DNA of 64,000 nucleotides from an uncultured Methanosarcinales archaeon (GTDB lineage Archaea; Nanobdellota; Nanobdellia; Woesearchaeales; JAGVZT01): NCBI GenBank assembly GCA_964419615.1, contig CAYQPU010000003.1, positions 2,707 to 66,706 of the forward strand, read 5' to 3'. Shown piece by piece: positions 30,558 to 40,591 of this stretch (position 1 is its first letter; each line of letters starts with the position of its first letter). The notes under the pieces were generated by a model. It saw only the letters and a program-made list of their open reading frames with translations, ran no database searches and was not told where the DNA came from. The position numbers and the translations under genes were made by a program.

Positions 30558-31352
30558 TTATCTTTTTGTTGAATTGATGAATACTTCTACTTGTTCTGTA
30601 ATATCTGCTCTACCTGTAGTTTCCAAAGCAAAATGAACCGCTCTTCTTTTATCATTATTGTATTCTATTTTTTCAGGATATACAGTACCATAATCATTTG
30701 AGTATGGATCCTCTTTATAGGAGTAATATATTTTATTGCTATGAGTATCATTTATTAAGTCTAAACTCCACCTAACTGCTAAATTTGTTAGGTCTGACAC
30801 CAGTTCTGAATCATTGTTATAACCAAATCTGTAAGCAGTTCCATCTTTGGTTCTGACTAGCCAGTATGAATCTTTTTCATTATTGCCACTTGTCTTGTTC
30901 TCAACATACATGTATGTTTCAATCTTAGTGTGGAATCTATCTTCGTTCAGTACATATATTAAATCATATGAAGCTCCATTTAAAGTTAAAGTAAATGTGT
31001 CATCAGAAGTATTTATGTTGGTATAGTTAACATCTCTTTGGATGTTGTTTTGAGTGATTGACCAAGCGTTTCCTAGGATTTCAGATTGTTTTGTTGCTTG
31101 ACTATTATATACTAAGCCTAATGAAGGTTGAAGATTACTCGTTCCAGGCGGTATTCTTATTCCATATGAGTAAGTTGCTGAGCCAGTGAACAAGCTTGGA
31201 TTGAGTTGTCCTTGGAGGTCTAGTTTATTTCCTTGTGGGACTGAAGGGTTTGAGAAATAGGATTTGGGTTCTCCTGCATATGTGTGATGAATGAATATAT
31301 TAAATATTATAATTAAAAACATTATTTTGCATATTTTATTTTTATTATTCAT
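30558..31352 (-). CDS. Secreted beta-rich protein with YD/RHS-like repeats and N-terminal signal peptide
   Basis: 264 aa; MNNKNKICKIMFLIIIFNIFIHHTYAGE signal; Tyr/Asn-rich repeats (GTAYRFGYNNDSEL; KIYYSYKEDPYSNDYG). Confidence 0.4.
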   Translation of the reverse strand: MNNKNKICKIMFLIIIFNIFIHHTYAGEPKSYFSNPSVPQGNKLDLQGQLNPSLFTGSATYSYGIRIPPGTSNLQPSLGLVYNSQATKQSEILGNAWSITQNNIQRDVNYTNINTSDDTFTLTLNGASYDLIYVLNEDRFHTKIETYMYVENKTSGNNEKDSYWLVRTKDGTAYRFGYNNDSELVSDLTNLAVRWSLDLINDTHSNKIYYSYKEDPYSNDYGTVYPEKIEYNNDKRRAVHFALETTGRADITEQVEVFINSTKR

Positions 31353-31591
31353 TTTTTAATTAACCACCAGCCTTTTCCTTCGTATGGGTCGGATAGGTTT
31401 GATAAAGCTAATATTATAAAAATCAAAAGAATGTACTTTGAATAAGCAATTTCCTTCTTGGTATAAAAAGAAAAAGTAAGGAAAAATATAATTACGATTA
31501 ATAATAATAATAATAATGGATACTTTCTAACTATACTTTTAGGTGATTCATCAAGTAACTTTAATATATACTTTAAATATCCCATTGACAT
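31349..31591 (-). CDS. Small membrane protein (2 TM)
   Basis: 80 aa hydrophobic ORF in toxin cassette. Confidence 0.25.
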   Translation of the reverse strand: MSMGYLKYILKLLDESPKSIVRKYPLLLLLLIVIIFFLTFSFYTKKEIAYSKYILLIFIILALSNLSDPYEGKGWWLIKK

Positions 31592-32001
31592 TTAGGTTCC
31601 TCCTTTGTGATTAAGTACAGAGAATATATGATACAGATACAAGGAAAAAAATACAATAAAACCATCTCACTAGATACAACTTTTATTATTGGGAAAAATA
31701 ATCCATAGATCAAAGGAACAATTGTACTTATCAAGACAAGAGCCATAAGAATTAAGTTATTGGTCTTGAGGACTCTCATGTTTAATAGCAAGTACACAAG
31801 ATTAAATCCTGAAAACAATACATAAAGAGACAATGAAAAGGTTGCCATAATTATATTAAACCTCCTATCTTGTGTTAAGTAAATAAGGTCTAGTATAAAA
31901 GCTAGCACAAAGAAAATAATCTGCAAGGCTTTAAGCCATACAGGCACTAACTTGTGTCGCTTTTTCCTAATTTTAGCCATCTTGGTTTGTTTCTTCTTCA
32001 T
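31573..32001 (-). CDS. Polytopic membrane protein, candidate immunity protein for CT1 toxin tip
   Basis: 142 aa, 4 TM segments; overlaps 3' end of the RHS-core/CT1 gene by 29 nt. Confidence 0.3.
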   Translation of the reverse strand: MKKKQTKMAKIRKKRHKLVPVWLKALQIIFFVLAFILDLIYLTQDRRFNIIMATFSLSLYVLFSGFNLVYLLLNMRVLKTNNLILMALVLISTIVPLIYGLFFPIIKVVSSEMVLLYFFPCICIIYSLYLITKEEPKCQWDI

Positions 32002-32992
32002 CTTTTTTATCTGAACTAATTGGCTCTTCTAAATATGTTCCTTCAGTGAAGCTCTCAAAAGATTCATAAGTGTCTCTATAAATATTTTTATGAAACAAAA
32101 ATGCATATAATTGGTCTGATTTTAAAACTATATCACTCATATAAGGCTCAATGCCAGATCCACTTAATATTTGTCCTGCACCTAAAGATACACCTGCCCA
32201 ACCAGCATCTTCTCTCAGTCCACCAATTTCTTCCATATTTTTAGGACCAAATAGTTTTGCAGAACTATCTTTCTCAACTTGCCACCACATTTCAGCTACA
32301 GCCCATTCGGAGATATCTAAAACATCTGGTATGGGACTCATCTGGTATACTCCTTCCAACAACTCATTCGCTGGAACCTCACTCCATGCTTGATTAATTC
32401 CTTCACTAAATGAATTAATTGCATATTCAATTCGTTCCCTGGGGTATCTAGATATGTCAGCAAAGAATGCAAAGAAATTCCCACTAGGATCCACATACTT
32501 ATAGGGATTATTCAACACATAAGAGTATCTATTTAGATTCTGTGGATTATAGGGATCTTGGATTACTGTATCAGGCTCTACAAACTGCCTCATATAAGCA
32601 TAGTAATATCTTGCTTCATAATAATATAGTCCAGTATCATCTCTTTCCTTGCCTGTGTAGAGGTGGGTTTCTTCTTCTCCACCTGAATTTACGTCTCCAA
32701 AAGGAAGATAAGTTGTTTCCTCAACCACACCACCTGTTTCATTTGTTATTAGAGTAGTGCTTCCTAAGTGATCAGGATGATAGAACCATTTAGAACCATC
32801 AGGATTTTTCCTAGCTAATAATTTACCATTGACCCAGATATAAGTATAATTATAGACACCAGAACTGTTCCTGATTTGCATAAAGTATTGGCTTATGTAG
32901 TATGTGGTTTCATTAGTGCCATCCAAATTATAATGGATTTTTCTTAGTCTGTTTATCGACTTTCTGAAGTTTTTTTGGGTTGTGGTTTTCAT
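31973..32992 (-). CDS. Orphan RHS repeat-associated core domain plus C-terminal toxin domain CT1 (polymorphic toxin module)
   Basis: WFYHPDHLGSTTLITNETGGVVEETTYLPFGDV...GLYYYEARYY...RQFVEPDTVIQDPYNPQNLNRYSYVLNNPYKYVDPSG is the canonical RHS core ending in DPxG; followed by ~170 aa unique tip; ATG start with in-frame stop just upstream. Confidence 0.7.
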   Translation of the reverse strand: MKTTTQKNFRKSINRLRKIHYNLDGTNETTYYISQYFMQIRNSSGVYNYTYIWVNGKLLARKNPDGSKWFYHPDHLGSTTLITNETGGVVEETTYLPFGDVNSGGEEETHLYTGKERDDTGLYYYEARYYYAYMRQFVEPDTVIQDPYNPQNLNRYSYVLNNPYKYVDPSGNFFAFFADISRYPRERIEYAINSFSEGINQAWSEVPANELLEGVYQMSPIPDVLDISEWAVAEMWWQVEKDSSAKLFGPKNMEEIGGLREDAGWAGVSLGAGQILSGSGIEPYMSDIVLKSDQLYAFLFHKNIYRDTYESFESFTEGTYLEEPISSDKKDEEETNQDG

Positions 32993-33148
32993 TCTTTTTA
33001 AACTAAACTAATCTTCCTAACACTTTTTTGATTCTGATTTCAAAAAAATTTAAATAATCCAATTTACATTTTATCATTTGATGCAACCTTTCAAGTATTT
33101 CATATATCCACTAAATTTTCTGAGTTTGTCTTTAATTTATGCACTGAT

Positions 33149-33493
33149 TTATTTTATTATCATCTCATCTACTTCTGGTACAGTTAATCTTTTAATGCTA
33201 ATTGTTGGGTATTTAATTTTTGCAATTTTACTTACAATAGTTTTATCCAAATGGATAATAGACATATATTCAAAGAACAGATTAAAAAATCCCCTCTTGT
33301 TTTGGATTTTGTATGTTCTTGTTAACTTGATAATCTGGTTAATAGTAACCTCTTTTTTTCTCCCATGAAATTGTAAATAGTTAGGACTCTTCTTATTCTT
33401 CTTCTTGAATTCACATAGTATTGTTTTAACTCTCACCATTATCATTATCCTCATCCTTAAGTTTATTCCATTTATTCGCTCTAGTCTTAGCAT
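33149..33493 (-). CDS. Candidate immunity protein for CT2 (basic soluble protein)
   Basis: 114 aa ORF directly downstream and co-oriented with CT2; alternative overlapping + strand ORF 33078-33368 encodes a 3-TM protein; only one is likely real. Confidence 0.2.
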   Translation of the reverse strand: MLRLERINGINLRMRIMIMVRVKTILCEFKKKNKKSPNYLQFHGRKKEVTINQIIKLTRTYKIQNKRGFFNLFFEYMSIIHLDKTIVSKIAKIKYPTISIKRLTVPEVDEMIIK

Positions 33494-34690
33494 AATGATT
33501 ATGAATCATTGTAGAAACATGGGATGGAATGTTTATACCCAGTGCATTTATTGTATCAGTTACATAATCCTGACAGATATATTCACCAGAGACATATTCA
33601 TTCTTAGCATTCTGTTCTGCAACTGAAATCAGGTATTTATCTTCAGTTAACGATGTTTTAAATGTGGTACTCGCCTTAAAATCAGGATTATCGGGTGCAC
33701 CTAGATCTTCATTGAAATTCTGTATGGCATTCAGTATGTCTATTGTTTCTTGAGCAGTATCTGCATGAATAGGTTGAGGATTTAGATTACCTCCTGTTTG
33801 ACTGTTTGGAGCGAAGGAGTACAGTGTATAACCTTCTCCACCTTTACTTCTTTCTTGCCCAATTACTATCACTTCATGAGGTTCTTTTATAGGTTTTCCC
33901 ACAGCTTTCCTAAGTAAGTTAAATAAGGTGTGATGCTTCAAAGGATGAAAATTATTTACTAGTATCGCATCATTCCCGCTCGGATCCACATCTTATACGG
34001 ATTATTTCTCACATAACTATATCTATTCAGTTGTTGTGGATCATAAACATCAGGTAAGAGTGTATCAGGCTCTACAAACTGTCTCATATGTGGATCATAA
34101 TATCTTGCTTCATAGTAATATAGGCCAGTATCATCTTTCTCTTTGCCAGTATAGAGGTGAGTTTCTCTAGAACCACCTGCATTAACATCACCAAAAGGAA
34201 GGTAAGTTGTTTCTTCAACCACACCACCTGTTTCATTAGTTATCAAAGTAGTACTTCCCAAGTGATCTGGATGATAGAACCATTTGGAGCCATCGGGATT
34301 CTTCCTTGCTAAAAGTTTTCCATTAACCCAAACATAAGTATAGTTATAAACACCTGAACTGTTCCTGATTTGCATAAAGTATTGGCTTATGTAATATGTT
34401 GTCTCATTAGTGCCATCCAAATTATAATGGATTTTTCTTAGTCTGTTACCTTCATGATCATAAAGATATTCCTCTAGAATTGTGCCAGTTGCATTTCCTT
34501 CTCGTACTCTTATTAACTGGTTAAATTCATTATACTCAAAATGATTATCTTTGCCTTGGATTAAGTTTCCATTACCATCATAAGTTAGTTCATGATGATT
34601 GTTTAATGCTGATGCATGAGAAATTGTAACAAGAACTATTAGACTAATTATAAATAAAGATAAGTTCTGTTTGTGTTTGTTTTTTGAAAT
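33426..34690 (-). pseudogene. Secreted mini-RHS polymorphic toxin: signal peptide, YD repeats, RHS core, CT2 tip; interrupted by a 1-nt frameshift at the core/tip junction and lacking canonical start codon
   Basis: Upstream in-frame translation of 34421-34705 gives KRGLNISKNKHKQNLSLFIISLIVLVTISHASA (signal peptide) plus YDGNGNL/YDHEGNRL repeats with no ATG/GTG/TTG (possible ATT start after AGAGGGGG); core 34420-33959 about 93% nt-identical to 32969-32515; copy reads AAGATGTGGATCC where orphan reads AAGTATGTGGATCC, shifting frame into CT2 ORF 33989-33426. Confidence 0.5.
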
Positions 34691-34826
34691 ATTAAGCCCC
34701 CTCTTTTATGGGTCGCACTGTTTATACTAATTCACTTAATTTTCCCCCCTAAGTTAAACCAATTGTTTAATTATTTAAATGTTTGTGTTAACATAAAATC
34801 TCTTGTGAAAAGAGTAGTATCTTCTA

Positions 34827-37631
34827 TTATTCAACCAATATTGCAGGCTTACCAGGCATTGCTTTTCTTGCTTTGCTTTCTTTTGATTTATCTGCATTAA
34901 TTAGATCAATTGGACATTTGAAATCATCTTTAAAGAATTCAACACTCTCTCTAATTGCTTTAAACTCAATGTCTTGAGACAATACATTATCAATACCTTT
35001 CTTTAATGCATGTTGAATCATAGTAGTTACTTGCTTGCCATGTTTTTTAAATTCATCATCCTGCATAACTTTGCCCATAATCTCTTTCATATCTCTTGTT
35101 TGTTCAAGTAAGACTTTCAACTCACTAAACAATTTATACTTCCATTTCTCTGCAACAAACAATTGAATCTTTTTTGGCTTACTTACATTTGCTAATTTAA
35201 GAACAGCAAATATATCTTCTCTTGTTGACCTGATCATTTCTTCAGCAAGTTCTGCATTTGAATCAATCTTTGTCTCATCAAACTCAGGCCATGGTGCAAC
35301 TGAAACTAATCCTTGCTTGCCAATCCTTTCCCAAGCTTCTTCTGCAAAAAATGGAATAAATGGCGCCAATAATAAAATCTGAGCCTCAATCACTTTATTC
35401 ATCATATCTTTATTAGGCTCACCACATCTTCTTTGATACCATTTAATTGCTCTTTGTAATTCAAAATAACTTATCTGCAATGCACTTCTAAAATTAGTTT
35501 TTTCCATTACATCTGTTGCTTGTTTAATAATTCTATTTAGTGTGGATTCCATCCAAGTATCAATAGCTCTAACTTGATCTGTTCCTTTGTTATAGTTTTC
35601 AACACAAAACTCTAGCAACTTTCTAATCTTTGGTTTCATGCTTTTAGCAAGTTCAGTATCCCAATTAGCATCATCTAATCCTTCTCCTCCACTTAGTACT
35701 GTGAATCTTGAAGCATCTGGTCCAAACTCTTTGACCATGTTTCTCATAGGTATAAAATTACCAAGAGACTTAGACATCTTATTACCATCAACAGTCACCC
35801 AACCATTAACACCAAATGAACCTGGCCAATTCTCTTTTTTGAAAATTGCAGTATGAATAAAAATACTAAACGTCAAATGATTTTGTATAAGATCTTTACC
35901 TGAATTTCTAAAATCCATAGGATACCAATAATCAAACTCAGCCTTCATCTCATCCCAAACAGGATCCTTACAATCACCCTTTCCTAACAATACATAATCA
36001 AAAAGTTCATCAGTGACATCATCTGGATTTAACTTCTGCAGCTTATGAACTATAGTATAATAAGCCATGTAAATAGTACTATCTGACAAAGACTCAATTA
36101 ACCATTTCTCATCCCATGGAAGTTTTGTACCTAGACCAGTCTCCCTTGTACAAGCCCATTCATGAAGCCAATCAATAACATGATTGAATTGCTGCCTAGA
36201 TTTTTCAGGGTATAATTTCATCTGATCTAAGCATTCATGAGCAAGCTTTTTCCATTCAGGATTAGCATAATCAACAAACCATTGATCTGAAACAACATTT
36301 ACAACAGCTTCTGTCAGGCACCTACATACAACCTTACCAGACAATTCATAAAACATCACAGCTTCATTAGCTTCAATAAGGTGCTTTTTTAAGTAAACTA
36401 GAGCATCTTGAACAGTCATACCTGCACAAGCTCCACAATTATTTTTCATAACACCTTTTCTAAACACTCTTTTGTTTAATTCACCTTTAGCTTCTTCAAT
36501 TCTTTTCTTGTCATCAGGAGATTTTACTCCAAACTCATCTCCAATCTCTTTTCCTAAATTCTCACCCATTCCTGGAATATCAATTATGGAAATTGGTTTT
36601 AATTTGGCAATAACCTCTTCATCAAGATTATACTGTCTTATCAAATCCATATCATTATGAATCCTTTCAAGTTCATACAAATCAACAGGATCTTCAAGTG
36701 CAGAATAAACAATACCTGATCCAACATTTGCATCAATAAACCATGCTGGAACAATATATGTATCATAATCAACTAAAGGACCTCTTGTCCATTTCCCCAT
36801 TAACTCTTTTGCATGAATTTCTCCAATCACTCCTGTTTTATCATACTGATCCTCAATCTTTTTTACAGCTTCAGGCCCAACAACCCATTTTTCATCCTTT
36901 ACTTTAACAATCTTGTAGGTTGCATCAGGATCAATCCAAATATGAGTTTGACCATAAAATGCATCTGGCCTGGTTGTACCTGCCATTAAAATCAAATCAG
37001 AATCTTTTAGTCTGAATTTACCCCAAATAAAGTCTTGAGTAGTTTCTCCTTCTCCTTCTTTTCTTGCATGATCTCCTATTGCAGTTTCACACTTAGGACA
37101 CCAAACAACCGGGAATTTTCCCTTTATAACATAATTTTTTTCTTTTAATTTTCTAAATTGCCATCTGATAAATTTATCATAATGTGGATTCAAGCTCGTT
37201 GTATGAAATGATCTTCTCCAGTCAACACTCATACCCATTGATTTGTAATCTTTTTCACATTCCGGTTCAAAAAATTCAATCCAAAATTCAGGTTTTTCAA
37301 ATTTTGCTAACAAATCTCCTGTAATCCCCATATCTTTCATTATCTTGATTTGCTTAGGTTCCTTGGCAATAACTCTTTCAGTTGCACTAATAATAGGACT
37401 ACCTGTTGCATGCCAGGCTTGGGGAAACAAAACATTAAATCCCTTCATTCGTTTATATCTAACAAAAGCCTCAGTTCTCATTAATGAATATAAATGACCA
37501 ACATGAAGATAAGCATTGATATAAGGATAGGGAAAAGTTGCAAAGAATTTAGGTCTATTGTTGTCTATTTCAGGCTCAAATATTTTGGCATCAGCCCATT
37601 TCTTAATCCATTTTTGTTCCATTAGATTCAC
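34827..37631 (-). CDS. leuS: Leucyl-tRNA synthetase (archaeal type)
   Basis: 934 aa; HVGH (HIGH) and KMSKS motifs; N-terminal block AYLHVGHLYSLMRTEAFVRYKRMKGFNVLFPQAWHATGSPI matches archaeal LeuRS. Confidence 0.85.
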   Translation of the reverse strand: MNLMEQKWIKKWADAKIFEPEIDNNRPKFFATFPYPYINAYLHVGHLYSLMRTEAFVRYKRMKGFNVLFPQAWHATGSPIISATERVIAKEPKQIKIMKDMGITGDLLAKFEKPEFWIEFFEPECEKDYKSMGMSVDWRRSFHTTSLNPHYDKFIRWQFRKLKEKNYVIKGKFPVVWCPKCETAIGDHARKEGEGETTQDFIWGKFRLKDSDLILMAGTTRPDAFYGQTHIWIDPDATYKIVKVKDEKWVVGPEAVKKIEDQYDKTGVIGEIHAKELMGKWTRGPLVDYDTYIVPAWFIDANVGSGIVYSALEDPVDLYELERIHNDMDLIRQYNLDEEVIAKLKPISIIDIPGMGENLGKEIGDEFGVKSPDDKKRIEEAKGELNKRVFRKGVMKNNCGACAGMTVQDALVYLKKHLIEANEAVMFYELSGKVVCRCLTEAVVNVVSDQWFVDYANPEWKKLAHECLDQMKLYPEKSRQQFNHVIDWLHEWACTRETGLGTKLPWDEKWLIESLSDSTIYMAYYTIVHKLQKLNPDDVTDELFDYVLLGKGDCKDPVWDEMKAEFDYWYPMDFRNSGKDLIQNHLTFSIFIHTAIFKKENWPGSFGVNGWVTVDGNKMSKSLGNFIPMRNMVKEFGPDASRFTVLSGGEGLDDANWDTELAKSMKPKIRKLLEFCVENYNKGTDQVRAIDTWMESTLNRIIKQATDVMEKTNFRSALQISYFELQRAIKWYQRRCGEPNKDMMNKVIEAQILLLAPFIPFFAEEAWERIGKQGLVSVAPWPEFDETKIDSNAELAEEMIRSTREDIFAVLKLANVSKPKKIQLFVAEKWKYKLFSELKVLLEQTRDMKEIMGKVMQDDEFKKHGKQVTTMIQHALKKGIDNVLSQDIEFKAIRESVEFFKDDFKCPIDLINADKSKESKARKAMPGKPAILVE

Positions 37632-37724
37632 CTTGATTAGTTATGTTTTAAAGAAAAAAAGGTAGAACTACTTAAATATTTATTCCAGTAAAGGCTTTAA
37701 TCTTTCAAAACTAGACTTCATATT

Positions 37725-37922
37725 CTAAACCTTTTTGAAATGAGCAGTTGTGTCAATCAAATCCACTTGTCCCAAAAACATTGCTCTACAGCAATATCTT
37801 TCTAAACCAAGGCTATCAAGCACTTTTTTCTTGTCTTCACAAGCTTCAGCCCGCTCTTTAAACTCTTCCCAAAGGTGGGCAATTGGTTTTCCACAACTCC
37901 AGCATCTTATTGGTATAATCAT
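37725..37922 (-). CDS. rpoN: DNA-directed RNA polymerase subunit N (Rpo10/RpoN)
   Basis: 65 aa; RCWSCGK...YCCRAM zinc-binding pattern. Confidence 0.85.
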   Translation of the reverse strand: MIIPIRCWSCGKPIAHLWEEFKERAEACEDKKKVLDSLGLERYCCRAMFLGQVDLIDTTAHFKKV

Positions 37923-37975
37923 TTTCTTTAAGTATTATTTTTGGTATTATTTGATATATATAAATATTTGCAGAA

Positions 37976-38371
37976 TCATCTGTAAGATTTCTGCCTCTTA
38001 GCCCTAGCTTTACTTCGGCCAGGTTTATTTACTTCTTTTCTTCGAACATCTGCAACTAACATATTTCTATCATAATCAAGGAACATTTTCTCAATTTTTT
38101 TATCTTTGGAAAAATCAACAATTCCTCTAGCAATAGCAAGTCTTACTGCATCTGCTTGAGAACTTTGTCCTCCTCCCATAACGTTTACATCAACATCTAT
38201 TTTTGAACTAATACTTGGTATTAGCATCATAGGTTCTTTTATCTTTAATCTTATATGTTCTGGTTGAATTGTCTCAAGAAGCTTTTTATTAATTCTTATT
38301 TTTCCAGTTCCTTTTCTAATAGTAGCTCTTGCTATAGCTTCCTTTCTTTTTCCTGATGCATGTGTACTCAT
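37976..38371 (-). CDS. rps9: 30S ribosomal protein S9
   Basis: 131 aa; C-terminal GRSKARAKRQKSYR. Confidence 0.9.
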   Translation of the reverse strand: MSTHASGKRKEAIARATIRKGTGKIRINKKLLETIQPEHIRLKIKEPMMLIPSISSKIDVDVNVMGGGQSSQADAVRLAIARGIVDFSKDKKIEKMFLDYDRNMLVADVRRKEVNKPGRSKARAKRQKSYR

Positions 38372-38796
38372 ACTTTACCACCTATTGCTCGGCATATTTG
38401 TTCAACTGTAACATATTTTAGTTTTTGAAGCTTAGACATGTCTGCAGCTTCAATTCTTTGAATTTTTTCTTTTTCAAATTCTTCAGGTAATCCAACATAA
38501 CACCTAATTCTTTTATACGCATTACTTCCTCTTTGTCTTTTGTATGGAAGCATTCCTCTAATAGTTCTTCTAACAACCTTATCTGGTGTCCTTTGATAAA
38601 AAGGCCCGCTTGTTGGAATCCCTCTTGCTCTTCTTTCTTGGTAAATAGATAAAACTTGAGCCTTATTACCTGTAATAATTACCTTTTCGCAATTAACAAC
38701 ATCTACTCTTTCTCCCAAAAGTGCCATCTTTGCAACTTTTGCGCTCAGTCTTCCTAAGATCATATTACTTGCATCTATTACTACCATTTTAACCAA
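38368..38796 (-). CDS. rpl13: 50S ribosomal protein L13
   Basis: 142 aa; conserved archaeal rpoN-rps9-rpl13-rpl18e cluster. Confidence 0.9.
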   Translation of the reverse strand: MVKMVVIDASNMILGRLSAKVAKMALLGERVDVVNCEKVIITGNKAQVLSIYQERRARGIPTSGPFYQRTPDKVVRRTIRGMLPYKRQRGSNAYKRIRCYVGLPEEFEKEKIQRIEAADMSKLQKLKYVTVEQICRAIGGKV

Positions 38797-39139
38797 TAAT
38801 CCTAACTTTTTTCCCCTTTATATTTGACTTCATAAGTTCATTAATGGATATTGCTTTTGATTTGTTACTTAAAATCTTGCTTTTAGCTTCTTTTGAGAAC
38901 CTCCAAGCAGCAACAGTTAATTTATGATTAAGATCTCCTGCACCAAGAACTTTTCCAGGTATAACAATAATCTCGCCTTCTTTTGTATATCTACTGATTT
39001 TTGATAAATTAACAATTCTTCTTTGTCTATTTGGCTTTTCTAAGTCAGAGGCAACCCTCTTCCAAATAGGTTGATTGTTCTTTATTGACTGGGTTTTTAA
39101 TTCCCTGATCAGTTCCTGTAAGTTTATGTTTGATGTCAT
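38789..39139 (-). CDS. rpl18e: 50S ribosomal protein L18e
   Basis: 116 aa, cluster position and basic composition. Confidence 0.75.
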   Translation of the reverse strand: MTSNINLQELIRELKTQSIKNNQPIWKRVASDLEKPNRQRRIVNLSKISRYTKEGEIIVIPGKVLGAGDLNHKLTVAAWRFSKEAKSKILSNKSKAISINELMKSNIKGKKVRIIG

Positions 39140-39148
39140 TTTTAATCA

Positions 39149-39383
39149 TGCGGGGGACGGGACTTTCAAGGACCTTTTAATAGCTTGAGTCATGGTCATC
39201 TTGTTTTTTGATACACCATGTTATGGGACTTTAAGTCCCATTGTTTTGGTCAAGCTTTTACCCTTGGGTAAAAGGTTGATTTGAACCCGCGTAGCCACTA
39301 AGGCCTACGGCCCTCGACCGTAGTCGTTTTATCTCAAACCAAGATTTTTTTGGTTTGAATTGACCAGGCTCCGACACCCCCGC
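39149..39383 (-). tRNA. Class II tRNA (Leu-GAG or Ser; anticodon ambiguous) with putative non-canonical introns in the D-loop (~31 nt) and at T-loop position 59/60 (~117 nt)
   Basis: Minus strand: GCGGGGG-UG-UCG-GAGCCUGGUCAA (class II 5' end) ... CGA, anticodon hairpin CUACGG-UCGAGGG-CCGUAG, variable arm GCCUUAGUGGCUAC, GCGGG-UUCAAAU then ~117-nt insert, CCCGU-CCCCCGC-A; 7-bp acceptor helix perfect; GC-rich island in AT-rich DNA. Confidence 0.5.
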
Positions 39384-39407
39384 TTAAATGTTTAAGCGTA
39401 TTGGAAA

Positions 39408-40232
39408 TTACTTATTAAACTCTTTACCAAAAATGTTTAACTTTTCCTCGAGGTATTCTGAGGCTTTGATCATGATTTCTTTACCAGTTAATTGTCCCCA
39501 GGATTCAACAAAGAACACAAATTCATTAACATCTCTGTTTACTTTGACTTCTCCTTTTGACACTTCTTCACATGCACCACAAAGATGGCAGTTCATCCTT
39601 TTTTTCTCATTTATTGCTAATTTTTTTGCTTTTTCTACAAAAACATCTTGTGGACAAATATCAACACATTCCAAGCATGTTGTTCCCTTTTTGGAAATTT
39701 TTATTTCTGGTAAATATTTGTAGTAAACAGAACCTGGATTCCATTTGCTATGGTTTTTTCCTTGACCAAGCATAGCAGTCATTTCTGCTTCAAAGCTTTG
39801 TCCTTTTAGTAATTTAGCAATTGGTGTTTTACCGTAAACAGGTTTTGCTTTTGGATCTTTACTTTTGATATCAGATGCATAAACTGTTTTTGGACCTTTC
39901 TCTTTAACAGTTAATTTTAATTGGCATTGAGCACAGCCAGTGCCTTTACAAGGGCATTTTTCTGGTAGATTGTATGATTTTAAATCAGTCTTGATAGGAA
40001 TTAATCCAAGTCGGTGAGCTACCACTTCATCATATAAAACTGAAGTGTTTTTCCTAAACTCAACTGTTTTAACAGCAAGTGTGGGTACTTCTTCAATTGC
40101 AGATCTTCTAAGAGCATTTGCAAAAGAAACTCTGCAACCCTTTAATACAAATGAAAGCTTTTCTTTTTGTTTACCTAAAAGAGATATTTGCATTATACTC
40201 TCCTCCCTCTTCGTCCACCTTTTTTTCTGCAT
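39408..40232 (-). CDS. rpoD: DNA-directed RNA polymerase subunit D (Rpo3) with 4Fe-4S ferredoxin-like insert
   Basis: 274 aa; [11 protein letters not shown] and [11 protein letters not shown]ys clusters; upstream of rps11. Confidence 0.85.
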   Translation of the reverse strand: MQKKRWTKREESIMQISLLGKQKEKLSFVLKGCRVSFANALRRSAIEEVPTLAVKTVEFRKNTSVLYDEVVAHRLGLIPIKTDLKSYNLPEKCPCKGTGCAQCQLKLTVKEKGPKTVYASDIKSKDPKAKPVYGKTPIAKLLKGQSFEAEMTAMLGQGKNHSKWNPGSVYYKYLPEIKISKKGTTCLECVDICPQDVFVEKAKKLAINEKKRMNCHLCGACEEVSKGEVKVNRDVNEFVFFVESWGQLTGKEIMIKASEYLEEKLNIFGKEFNK

Positions 40233-40591
40233 CCATCATGTGCAACAGGTGTTACTTCCTGAATTGTTCCAATTTTAATACCTATTCTTGACAAAGCTCT
40301 AATCGCAGCTTGTGCTCCTGGTCCAGGATTATATGGTCCATTATGGCCCCCTGGAGCTTTAATCTTAACATGTAAACCTTGAATTCCTCTTTCAATAGCT
40401 GTTTCAGCAGCTTTTTTAGCTGCAGCCATAGCTGCTGTTGGAGAACTTTGAAGTCTATCTGCCTTAACAACCATGCCTCCAGAACATTTTGCAATAGTCT
40501 GTGTTCCAGTTACATCAGTAATATGAACAATTGTATTATTATATGAGGCATAAATGTGTGCTACTCCCCATCTCATTTTTCTATGTTTCAT
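40193..40591 (-). CDS. rps11: 30S ribosomal protein S11
   Basis: 132 aa; conserved S11 sequence ([14 protein letters not shown]). Confidence 0.9.
   Translation of the reverse strand: MKHRKMRWGVAHIYASYNNTIVHITDVTGTQTIAKCSGGMVVKADRLQSSPTAAMAAAKKAAETAIERGIQGLHVKIKAPGGHNGPYNPGPGAQAAIRALSRIGIKIGTIQEVTPVAHDGCRKKGGRRGRRV

Noticed and set aside
33078-33368. Plus-strand 96-aa TM ORF versus the overlapping minus-strand 114-aa ORF
   Set aside because: They cannot both be real. The minus-strand ORF is co-oriented with the toxin operon, but the plus-strand one is more hydrophobic (immunity-like). Left unresolved with low confidence rather than calling both.
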